Source: Eledone cirrhosa (Eukaryota). From it: 64,000 nt of DNA. Position 1 is the stretch's first letter. Every line of letters starts with the position of its first letter. The stretch covers positions 111,538,001-111,602,000 of the forward strand of contig OZ024740.1 in NCBI GenBank assembly GCA_964016885.1, written 5' to 3'. The translations under genes and the position numbers were made by a program. Positions 24,480-36,334 of this stretch are shown in pieces. The notes under the pieces are model-generated. The model was given only the letters and a program-made list of their open reading frames with translations. It searched no databases and was not told where the DNA came from.

Positions 24480-26850
24480 AATATAAATTAGCGAGAATCG
24501 TATTACGGCTTAGGACTTAACGAAAAACAACTTCCGAGATGTGTGGCAAGCGGTCAATGATTCACATGAACCAGAGCTACAACATACGTTAAAGGCCAAA
24601 TGCACTGAGACGATGGTTAAACAATCATCCGCACAGCCATAAAAACGACCAAGTAATTCGGGTCAAACAAATAAAAATATATGTGATTGAAAATTTACCC
24701 GGACCCCTGAATGGTTGGTAAAATCCAGCATTTGGGTTTCTGCGACTCGACAAATCAAGTACTGTCCGCTTACACAAATGTTAGGCTTCTGGTAAGATGA
24801 TTGAACAAGGAAGCCACTTTTTCAACAGGTTTTAGTTCGAGTGCTAATTTAAGGAATGACCGTTACCGACCCCACGTGGGGGCTCGGCAAGGCAGGCAAC
24901 TCTTATTTTAGACGGATGAAATTCAGTATGTGTATATTATTGCAAGAATGCAAAACATCACAAAACGAATTAAGCTCTCATATATATGTGTGTGTATATA
25001 TACATATATATATATATACACACATATATATATACATACATATATATACATGACCCTCCCAAAGCATAACAATATATATGTGTATATATATGTGTATATA
25101 TATGTGTTTATATATGTGTATATATATGTATATATATATATATAGTATTAGTTAGTATTAGTTATACTATTTATGGTTATGTAAACACAAAACCTTAAGC
25201 AGTTGTAAGTATTTTACACACACCCTAAATAGTGGTAGGCAGTAATGTATTACTACCTTATTACCAGTAAGTTAAGTAGCTCAATGTAAAAACATCAGAT
25301 GATTTACAGAGCAGTTATATGAAATATAAGAATCAAAGAACTGTTCAAAACATTATTGTGCTTACAGCTGTTTCCTCCAAACCGAGGTTTGGATTCTTCG
25401 GAGCAATTTATTAATGCATGGACAGTTATATGACCTCCTTTTCAGCCGAGAGACATACCAATACATATTCAAACATTGATACATATTCAAACATTGTGGG
25501 TCAACATTCATTACAGAATTTAGAGTGGCAGTACACACTTCGAGATTACATTTATATTAATAGGTACAATCAAAAATCAAAGATATAGGTTAAAGTACAA
25601 CATGAAGATAAGTGGTTATATAGTGCAAATGTTATATGTGTGGCACGCATGTGCGTCTTGTTTATATAGTGTGGCAGAGAGATATGTGTGGTAGAGGCAC
25701 TTAGGTAGGTAAATAAGAGTGTTAGGTTGGTAGATCTGGTGGCAAAGTCTTTATATGATTGATATAGTCTGTGTGTGGAGAAATATTATAAGCATTAAAG
25801 ATAGTGCAAGCATTAAAAGTGTTATAAGTATTGGAGATGCACAGCGCAGGGATGTCAAGTAATTCGTGTACTTCGGCATTTTCATGGTCAAGGGAGTGTA
25901 TATTTCGATTATATGCCTTTCACATAATCCACGACAATCCAGTTAGAGATCGTAGTCTGGTGTTCTTTAGTTCGATACAGGAGGTTGTTACGTTTCGAGA
26001 AACGCCATTGAATACCGGAAGTGTGTGTGTGTGGCTAAGGGGAGTTAATGCATGCGGGGAGGTAACTCTGGGGTTTCTATATCTAGCCATTAAAATGTGT
26101 CCCAATATAGACCCTAAATTCTATGGTGAGGTGCACCTTCCAAGAGAGACTTTTAAAGCATAAAGTGTACTAACTATAGAGTAGTTTAACTAAATTATGC
26201 TGAAGGTGATCATATTATTATTAAGGTGGATTAACCCATCTTAAGGTGCTACAAATGGAAATTATAGATGATGAGCGAGGATTCTAAATTAATGATCTCT
26301 GTGGTTGTAGTCTGCTCATATGACCAGGCGCGGTGATTGCAGGATTGCTTCAGGACCCAATGATCTCTGGTAAGATCTGGGTCATCGCTTGCTACATTGG
26401 ATGTCGAAAGATAATCGTCCCCAGGCAGGCCAAAGGTCAATCCGCAGTCCTCGCGACCCCTCTCTGACCGTCAGATCATCCATATACGTACAACCCGCAC
26501 GGCAGTTGCATTGCATTCACTCACTGCGCTCAGCAGCCCGGTCCTACTGGTCAACAGCGCTACTCGATTAAATCATTTTACATCTGTCTAAGGAAGGTGT
26601 TTCCTCTGCCCAACACCATCCAACCGATCAATTCATGCTCAAATTACCCTTAGAGCGGTGTAGTGCCGTCCAAGTGGGTGGATGTTGTCACACCTGCCGT
26701 AGAGGTATAAATGGGTATTTTCCCTGCGAAGGGTTCCAGAGGGATGTCGTTGTTTGTGTTATAATGGATCAGCTAGTGTTGGGTATGTAGTATAGGGTGT
26801 GTCTCTGGTGTTTGATGCTAGATGTGGTGTTAGGTTCCAGTCCGACATTG

Positions 26851-29310
26851 CTATATATAGGGCTTAAAGTTTTGGAAGGAATGTCTGAGGCGGTGCTGGC
26901 AAGTTGCAAACACCTCAGATTTTTTGTTAAGTAGGTTACGGTTGGAGAAGATAATATTGTGTGTCTCTAGTATACAGAGGTTACAGAATTTATTAGGTGG
27001 TTTGTACGAGGTCGCGCTGCCTATTACTTCCCATTTGAGTGTGTATGGTTTATTTTTAGATTTTAGATAGTGTATGTAGCTAGAAAGTGAGGTGGAGTTG
27101 GCTAGGCTGTGCTTTTTGAACGAGTGGATGTGCGAGTTATATCTGATTTTGAAGCAGTTAGAAGTGGAGCCTACATAGGTTTCTGAAGAGTTATTAGTCG
27201 TGACTGTGCATGAGTATATGACATCCTTGGTTAGGCATTTTTTATCTAAAGGGCAGGTTCTATTAGCTCTACAGTTACAATTATTCTGTGCGTTAGTCCG
27301 CTGGTTATAATGCAATGCGGAAGTCTGTGTGGTGGATATAGGATTTTGGGTGTTCGGGTTGGCAACCCTGGTGTTATTACTTATACTAGTGTTATTTCTA
27401 TTGTTACTGCCGTTGCTATTGTTGCTTGCTACAGTGGTATTTAGAGGGTTTGCATCCCGTTGTGATTTTGTTTGTTGGAAGTAAGAACTAATTTTACTAT
27501 TATTGCTGCTAGCTATGTGGTATGCTAAGTTAGGCGTCGTAGAGTATGAGATTTTAATGGTGTTTTTGTTTAAGAGGTTGTGGTACTTGTGTCCTAGAGG
27601 GAAGTTTTTATCTAGTAGTGAGAAGAAAGCCCTAGGTATGTTGGTGGAGACATTTAGGTTGAAAGGAGGGTTGAAAAATGTATTATTTCTTCTTCTATTT
27701 TTGCTTTTAGTGTTTGGTGTGTTGCTTCCTCCTAAGGCCTCACAGTAGTTTCCATGGTAATGGTTACTTCCTGTGGCACCCTCCGCTTTGGTGTACTTGT
27801 GGTTGCTATTCCTATTATTAGATTTCCTCATGGACATGTTGTGCGAGATTATGTTGTAGCTATGTGTTTTCTTAGGTAGGAACTCAATTTCTATATTATG
27901 GCCGGAGCTAGCTAATGCTTGATTGTAATATTGTGAGTTTTTGCTAAATATGTTTGCGTCATAGGACAGACTAGAGATTCTATTGGACACCCCCTTAGAG
28001 ATAGAGTTTAATATTGATCTAGGGTGATTAGACTTGGTATCTACGTAAATAAGTTTCTCATTAGGCTTATGGAAAGGTGTATATATTTTTGAGTCTAGGT
28101 ATAGTGTGGCGTCTAGGAAGTTAACATTTTTAGTGTTTTTGTCCATGGTGATACTAAGGTTAAAGTTTTTGAATGTCTTATGCAGTTGTTTTCTAGTTCT
28201 TTCTATATTAAATTTTTTATATTCTATGAGTAGAAGTGCATCATCGCGGTACAAACCACCGTTGAGGTAAGGGAGGTCTTTATGGATTTCATTGAGGAGG
28301 TATAGGCCGACCAAATCAGTGACCTGCGCCGAGTCACTAGATCCCATGGTTATGTCGAAGTTGTTGTGCGTATCCTTGCGTGTCCATAGTTGGTCCTCGA
28401 AGGTGATTATGGTTTTACGGGCCGCAAGGATGACATCAACCTGGGCTCTAGTCAGGTCGCTATTGGTCATGGCCATGATAAGTGCCTTATTTAATAGGAT
28501 AGGGGAAATAGAGGTGTAGTATGAATTGATATCAAATTGAATAAATTTTTTGTTCTTATTATTCTTGATATCCTTAAACCATTCAATTACTTCACCCGTA
28601 TTTCCCCATTGTTTAAGGTGTATCTTGTGTTTAATTTGTGGGATGATTTTATCCAAAATCTTCTTGCTGATAATACCAATGTCGGACTTGGAAGGGCAGA
28701 TAAGTCTTATCGTGGGGTTGCTGATGAAGTTCTCCTTATGGTCCTTCAGAGAGAATCTAGGGGGGTTCGGAGTGAAAGGTTGTGTATGCCTCTGTAGTCC
28801 TAGTTTAGACACTATATTATAACCCTCTACATTAATATCTTCTAAGTTTTTCAAGGTGGTTTTTTTGTAGCTTTTATGTAGTTCATTATATATAAACTTT
28901 CTATAAGTAATATAATCTAGGCTGTATATGTTATTAGTTTTATCTGCGTGTACAATAATTTTATTACTAGTTTTGAATCCACTAATAGAAGTGTTAAGTT
29001 TGTTTAAGAAGGTGTTGCTTCTAATATGGTGCTTATTGTATTTAATGTTCTTAACTAGTTTAACTAGGTCATTTTCAAAGGAGTTAAGTAGAGTGTTATG
29101 AGGGGGGCTTTTAAAGGTTTTAAAGCCGAAGGAGTCAAAATTGTTAGTATTATTCAAGTTGTTAGATTTGTTTCTATCATAATGGAATGTCCTCCATCTC
29201 ACTCTATTGATAAATGAATTTACACTGTTGATCAGCAATTTCTCATATGTATTCCTGGATGGTATTGGTATGTTCTTGGTTGACATGGGGAGTTGGTCTT
29301 TGATTAGCAT
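26851..29310 (-). CDS. PLE polyprotein: reverse transcriptase + C-terminal GIY-YIG endonuclease (819 aa; probably Hydra-clade-like)
   Basis: KNIPIPS..FINRVRWR N-terminus, FIQFDINSYYTSI, ITMGSSDSAQVTDLVG, GGLYRDD, VNFLD, CNC..CPLDKKC..VIY..YVGST..FKIRY.SH..CNLCILE..LLNKK. The clade call is inference. Confidence 0.95.
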   Translation of the reverse strand: MLIKDQLPMSTKNIPIPSRNTYEKLLINSVNSFINRVRWRTFHYDRNKSNNLNNTNNFDSFGFKTFKSPPHNTLLNSFENDLVKLVKNIKYNKHHIRSNTFLNKLNTSISGFKTSNKIIVHADKTNNIYSLDYITYRKFIYNELHKSYKKTTLKNLEDINVEGYNIVSKLGLQRHTQPFTPNPPRFSLKDHKENFISNPTIRLICPSKSDIGIISKKILDKIIPQIKHKIHLKQWGNTGEVIEWFKDIKNNKNKKFIQFDINSYYTSISPILLNKALIMAMTNSDLTRAQVDVILAARKTIITFEDQLWTRKDTHNNFDITMGSSDSAQVTDLVGLYLLNEIHKDLPYLNGGLYRDDALLLIEYKKFNIERTRKQLHKTFKNFNLSITMDKNTKNVNFLDATLYLDSKIYTPFHKPNEKLIYVDTKSNHPRSILNSISKGVSNRISSLSYDANIFSKNSQYYNQALASSGHNIEIEFLPKKTHSYNIISHNMSMRKSNNRNSNHKYTKAEGATGSNHYHGNYCEALGGSNTPNTKSKNRRRNNTFFNPPFNLNVSTNIPRAFFSLLDKNFPLGHKYHNLLNKNTIKISYSTTPNLAYHIASSNNSKISSYFQQTKSQRDANPLNTTVASNNSNGSNNRNNTSISNNTRVANPNTQNPISTTQTSALHYNQRTNAQNNCNCRANRTCPLDKKCLTKDVIYSCTVTTNNSSETYVGSTSNCFKIRYNSHIHSFKKHSLANSTSLSSYIHYLKSKNKPYTLKWEVIGSATSYKPPNKFCNLCILETHNIIFSNRNLLNKKSEVFATCQHRLRHSFQNFKPYI

Positions 29311-31236
29311 ATTGGCAATATTATATGTCAGCTCAACGATATGGAGCAGTTAATAGTATTAGTTATACTATTTATGGTTATGTAAACACAAAACCTTAAG
29401 CAGTTGTAAGTATTTTACACACACCCTAAATAGTGGTAGGCAGTAATGTATTACTACCTTATTACCAGTAAGTTAAGTAGCTCAATGTAAAAACATCAGA
29501 TGATTTACAGAGCAGTTATATGAAATATAAGAATCAAAGAACTGTTCAAAACATTATTGTGCTTACAGCTGTTTCCTCCAAACCGAGGTTTGGATTCTTC
29601 GGAGCAATTTATTAATGCATGGCAGCGCGACCTCGTACAAACCACCTAATAAATTCTGTAACCTCTGTATACTAGAGACACACAATATTATCTTCTCCAA
29701 CCGTAACCTACTTAACAAAAAATCTGAGGTGTTTGCAACTTGCCAGCACCGCCTCAGACATTCCTTCCAAAACTTTAAGCCCTATATATAGCAATGTCGG
29801 ACTGGAACCTAACACCACATCTAGCATCAAACACCAGAGACACACCCTATACTACATACCCAACACTAGCTGATCCATTATAACACAAACAACGACATCC
29901 CTCTGGAACCCTTCGCAGGGAAAATACCCATTTATACCTCTACGGCAGGTGTGACAACATCCACCCACTTGGACGGCACTACACCGCTCTAAGGGTAATT
30001 TGAGCATGAATTGATCGGTTGGATGGTGTTGGGCAGAGGAAACACCTTCCTTAGACAGATGTAAAATGATTTAATCGAGTAGCGCTGTTGACCAGTAGGA
30101 CCGGGCTGCTGAGCGCAGTGAGTGAATGCAATGCAACTGCCGTGCGGGTTGTACGTATATGGATGATCTGACGGTCAGAGAGGGGTCGCGAGGACTGCGG
30201 ATTGACCTTTGGCCTGCCTGGGGACGATTATCTTTCGACATCCAATGTAGCAAGCGATGACCCAGATCTTACCAGAGATCATTGGGTCCTGAAGCAATCC
30301 TGCAATCACCGCGCCTGGTCATATGAGCAGACTACAACCACAGAGATCATTAATTTAGAATCCTCGCTCATCATCTATAATTTCCATTTGTAGCACCTTA
30401 AGATGGGTTAATCCACCTTAATAATAATATGATCACCTTCAGCATAATTTAGTTAAACTACTCTATAGTTAGTACACTTTATGCTTTAAAAGTCTCTCTT
30501 GGAAGGTGCACCTCACCATAGAATTTAGGGTCTATATTGGGACACATTTTAATGGCTAGATATAGAAACCCCAGAGTTACCTCCCCGCATGCATTAACTC
30601 CCCTTAGCCACACACACACACTTCCGGTATTCAATGGCGTTTCTCGAAACGTAACAACCTCCTGTATCGAACTAAAGAACACCAGACTACGATCTCTAAC
30701 TGGATTGTCGTGGATTATGTGAAAGGCATATAATCGAAATATACACTCCCTTGACCATGAAAATGCCGAAGTACACGAATTACTTGACATCCCTGCGCTG
30801 TGCATCTCCAATACTTATAACACTTTTAATGCTTGCACTATCTTTAATGCTTATAATATTTCTCCACACACAGACTATATCAATCATATAAAGACTTTGC
30901 CACCAGATCTACCAACCTAACACTCTTATTTACCTACCTAAGTGCCTCTACCACACATATCTCTCTGCCACACTATATAAACAAGACGCACATGCGTGCC
31001 ACACATATAACATTTGCACTATATAACCACTTATCTTCATGTTGTACTTTAACCTATATCTTTGATTTTTGATTGTACCTATTAATATAAATGTAATCTC
31101 GAAGTGTGTACTGCCACTCTAAATTCTGTAATGAATGTTGACCCACAATGTTTGAATATGTATCAATGTTTGAATATGTATTGGTATGTCTCTCGGCTGA
31201 AAAGGAGGTCATATAACTGTCCATGCATTAATAAAT

Positions 31237-31283
31237 TGCTCCGAAGAATCCAAACCTCGGTTTGGAGGAAACAGCTGTAAGCA
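31237..31283 (+). ncRNA. Hammerhead with CCGAAGA (U4C) core in the pLTR of the intact PLE (copies 25359-25405 -, 29560-29606 -)
   Basis: tgct-CCGAAGA-aTCCAAACCtcGGTTTGGAg-GAAA-CAGCTG-TA-agca. Confidence 0.75.
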
Positions 31284-31314
31284 CAATAATGTTTTGAACA
31301 GTTCTTTGATTCTT

Positions 31315-31414
<100 letters not shown>

Positions 31415-31430
31415 TATATATGTATATATG

Positions 31431-31510
<80 letters not shown>

Positions 31511-31979
31511 TTCGTACATGCATATATATATTAACAGATATTATTTTCATGCAAGAATTTACTCACAAGTGACGAGATAAAATATGTAGAAATGAGAGAT
31601 GAGTATACATACACATCACAAATATATTTCTGTGTGAATGTGTACACATCTACACATGCAAGCAGGTATGTATATCTATGTGCCTAAGTATGATTGTAGT
31701 TGGAAGGGGTTGTGTGTAAGTGTCTATAAATAGATATATGTAAAACCTTACATAAATAAATATTGGCTTCCAAATACAGGAATTTTTAAATACAGAATGT
31801 AGCCATTGAAGCATAAATATCCATAACTATATTGTATATGTTTAATTGTGTACGTGCATACATGTATACATGTATACATATATACATACATACATACATA
31901 CATATATACATATATACATACATACATATTTACATACACACATACATGTTGGTGCATATACGTGTATATACAAACATGT

Positions 31980-32270
31980 CAGGTCACAACTTGGTGCTAC
32001 TGGTAACATGTATCCCAGTACAACCTGTCTCATGGTCGGGTCGTTGGCGACTAAATAGGCAACCCCACCAAGGTTACTTGGTGAGGAGGGTGACTTTGGA
32101 CATCCTGCGGGACTAAAAACAAAACCTGTCAAAGGGCAAATGAGCTCTTAAGAGTCAATGGCCATCCAAAATCACCAGGAGAGATGACCCCTTAGCCTTT
32201 GTCAAGGCAGAATTCTAGGAGAAGGAAAACTCTGATATAACACCTGCAACCCTAATAGTATCCAATGATG
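31980..32270 (+). mobile_element. Probable RTE-type LINE 5' UTR relic
   Basis: Contains ctaggagaaggaaaactctga, which I recognise as typical of RTE 5' regions. No ORF. Confidence 0.35.
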
Positions 32271-32661
32271 TTGACTTGTTCTTCTTTTTGGTAAATATCA
32301 TCTCGATTAAGAGAGTGGGACTGGCTTTGTGCAGTGCCTGTGCTCACTATAAAAGCTTCACGGCACAGGCATTGCTTTATATCTGGAGGTCTCTCTGCAC
32401 TTGTCGTTACATGGTACCATGGGCCCATCACTATGTGTCAATAATTGTCAATAGTGTAGTGTTTGTACCAAAGCTTTCAAGTCGCTGGCTGGACTAAAAA
32501 GTCACACTCGTTCAGCGCATCGGTAGGGGTTCTCCTACATGGATATAAAGTAGTGGCCGTACTCGAAAACGTGTTGGCAGCCACCATATACAAACATATA
32601 TATATATACATATATATAGATACCTATATATATATCATATATCATATATATATATATATAA

Positions 32662-32837
<176 letters not shown>

Positions 32838-33469
32838 GCATACAATTACATGCCTGCCTTTCTACTTACCAACCCACCTACTTAACTTCATACATACATA
32901 TATACATATACAAATGCACATTATCATTAGATGTAAAGATGGGCAGTTAATAGTTACATTTGTCTGAATTGAATGCTTCTATATGAAAATATGTAAAAAC
33001 ATAAAAATCATCGCCCAACAGCCAATTCAGAAATATATGAAAGGGCCATATTTTTCAGAATATATATAATAGGAACGAGCCCCCGCTGTAAAAAGAAGCT
33101 CTTTTTTCATATTGTGGCAGTTATTTTTCCTTTTATACAAATACATTGCTTTAAACGTCGTATTGTTCTCTCTTGTATGCAGGGAATTACGCAGAAAAAA
33201 ATCCTTTTTTTTTCATTTTTTCGAAACTATTTGTGCGTTAAAATATATGCATGCTTCATCCGTCTAGCCCATATATTTTAATGTTCGTTTGTTGTCAGTT
33301 TATTCGTATGATGTGTTATGTATGTTATATTATATAATATTATATTCACTGGCACAGCTGCTGCACACACATACATGCACACACAAACATGTACACACTC
33401 AAACACACAGACGCACATATATATATATAATATAAATATAATATCTATCTACATATATATATATATATA

Positions 33470-34673
33470 TAAATGTAATCTGAGTTTTTCGTATATTAAT
33501 AATAACATTCGATTCGCTCGCAATTATGCAAACAAGCCTCAATTTTATAGCCATGTCAGCAGAATGAACCCTTCATTCTTGCTCTTGTGTTGGCATGTGA
33601 ACAGAACTGCAGATACTAATGTTTCTGGGTATCACGCTTCATCAGTACAGCTCACTGTTCACCTGCCAAACTGTCTGAGCTAGTGAAAATATATGCTATT
33701 TTCAAAAATACACAGTGACTGATTGACCTGATTTGCATATTAGCAGACTGGCTGATCAGTCAGATCTGCATAATAGCAGATCTTCTGATCAGCCAGATTT
33801 GCATATCAGCAGACTGGACAGTCAGTTTCCTGTATACGAGCGATAAATAGCCGGCTTTGCCAAATTCAAATAAAAAAGAAAATGTTCGCTCTACATGGAT
33901 GAATCAAACGTTATTATTAATATCAGAATGGCAAGGGCCGCATAGAGTTACGGCCCTTGCCATTCTGAGTTCAAATCCCGCCGAGGTTAATCGTGCCGTT
34001 CATCCTTACGGGGTCGATAAAATAAAGTACCAGTAATGTACTGGGCTTGTGCCAATAGTAGAAACAATTATTAATATTCGAAAATCTCAGATCATGTTTT
34101 TTTGTATTCAGCCATCTAGAGCGAAAATTTTCTTTTTTATTTGAATTTGGCAAAGCCGGCCATTTATAGCTCGTATACAGGAAAGTGACTGGACAGTCTG
34201 CTGATATGCAAATCTGGCTGATCACTGGATCTGCTAATATGCAAATCAGGCCGATCAGTCACTGTATTTTTGAAAATAGAATATATTTTCACTAGCTCTG
34301 ACAGTTTGGCAGGTGAATAGTAAGCTGTACTGATGAAGTGTGATACCCAGAAACATTAGTATCTGCAGTTCTGTTCACATGCCAACACAAGAGCAAGAAT
34401 AAAGAGTTCATTCTGCTGACATGGCTCTATAAAATTGAGGCTTGTTTGCATAATTGCAAACGTATCGAATGTCATTATTAATACGTCCCTTTACGATCTG
34501 AGTTCAAATCCCGCCGAGGTTGACTTTGCCTTTCATCCTTACGGGGTCGACAAAATAAAGTACCAGTAATGCACTGGGTATTTGCTGGCCTTGTGCCTAA
34601 AGTAGAAATAATTATTAATATTCGAAAAACTCAGATCACATTTATTGTATTCAGCCATGTAGAGCAAACATTT

Positions 34674-34680
<7 letters not shown>
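33470..34680. repeat. Inverted plus tandem array of an HHR/octamer unit (about 530-bp period including SINE inserts)
   Basis: 33490-33900 is inverted relative to 34080-34485. 34065-34140 is repeated at 34610-34680. HHR-like ctgta-CTGATGA..accca-GAAA-cattag-TA at 34325-34368 and 33607-33650 (-). Confidence 0.75.
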
Positions 34681-34736
<56 letters not shown>

Positions 34737-34742
34737 TATATA

Positions 34743-35748
34743 AACGGAAAAAATGAAACGAAATTTCATTTCCCGCTCTTAGTACGGCTGTCACTTAAAT
34801 ATAAGTATGTACACGTACATACATATATGTATACAGACGTACAGTAGTATGTATATATATATATACTTACATGCACACATATATATATGTACGTATGGAT
34901 TCACCGAACATTTATTATAATGCTCGGTGTGTTTGTAAACAAACATCCCGTATTAAGCCGTAGTGTCCAGCAACCATCGTTGCTCGTTTGTTCAACACTG
35001 ACAAAGGTACGCTGTACTAGTTTCAAGCTTATTAGCTATCGTCAGCAACGTATACCTTCCTGCCAGATTGTTGAACGTATATACTTACCTTATGCATATT
35101 AACTGTTGAGTAGCCCAATTTGCATATCGAGTGAGTTAGTCGGCCGGGTTGACCGACGATAGCTAATAAGCTTGAAACTAGTACAGCGTTCCTTTGTCAG
35201 TGTTGAACAAACGAACAACCATGGTTGTTGGACACTACGGCTTAATACGGGATGTTTGTTTACAAACACACTGAGCATTATAATAAATGTTCGGTGAATC
35301 CATACGTACATATATATATGTGTACATGTATATATATATATATATACATACTACCGTACGTCTGTATACATATATGTATGTACGTGTACATACTTATATT
35401 TAAGTAACAGCCGTACTAAGAGTGGGAAATGAAATTTCGTTTTTTCCCCCGTTTATCCTTTTCGGTGCACCCGGCCGATTAACCCACTCGATATGCAAAT
35501 TGGGCTACTCAGCCATTAATATGTATCAGGTAAGTATATACGTTCAACAATCTGGCAGGAAGGTATACGTTGCTGACGATAGCTAATAAGCTTGAAACTA
35601 GTACAGCGTTCCTTTGTTAGTGTTAAACAAACGAGCAACGATAGTTGCTGGACACTACGGCTTAATACGGGATGTTTGTTTACAAACACACCTAGCATTA
35701 TAATAAATGTTCGGTGAATCCATACGTAAATATATATAGGTGTGCATG

Positions 35749-35783
<35 letters not shown>

Positions 35784-35824
35784 TACTGTACGTCTGTGTA
35801 CGTATATGTATGTACGTGTACATA

Positions 35825-35830
<6 letters not shown>
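34743..35830. repeat. Retrozyme-like 420-bp HHR repeat: one inverted and about 1.6 tandem copies, bounded by (TA)n
   Basis: HHR cores at 35153 and 35573 (spacing 420) and inverted at 35010-35050. Confidence 0.8.
35568..35608 (+). ncRNA. Minimal type I hammerhead
   Basis: cgttg-CTGACGA-tAGCTaataAGCTt-GAAA-CTAG-TA-cagcg. Confidence 0.8.
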
Positions 35831-35920
<90 letters not shown>

Positions 35921-36107
35921 AAACATGAGAAGAAAGAGGAATACTGCGTGGTTGCACATGGGTTACATATTATAAAATTAGTCCCTCGTCAGTTATTTGC
36001 CAACCATCATTGGTATTTCATCGCATTAAAAATCATATACCTCAGGTTGGTGCGAGCAATAACTAAAAAAAGCTTTTGGGACAAGTGAGTCGCGTAAAGC
36101 GAGTGAG

Positions 36108-36199
<92 letters not shown>

Positions 36200-36277
36200 A
36201 TCTATATATATAATATATATATATACACACACATGCACACACATATATTTATACATATATATATATATATATACAAA

Positions 36278-36334
<57 letters not shown>

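Noticed and set aside
25831-30811. Duplicated short ORFs (110, 63, 61 and 60 aa) on opposite strands
   Set aside because: They lie in the PLE 3' UTR and its inverted copy and have no recognisable motifs
31990-32062. Possible HDV-like ribozyme at the RTE-like 5' end
   Set aside because: Could not build the P1/P3/L3 nested pseudoknot by eye
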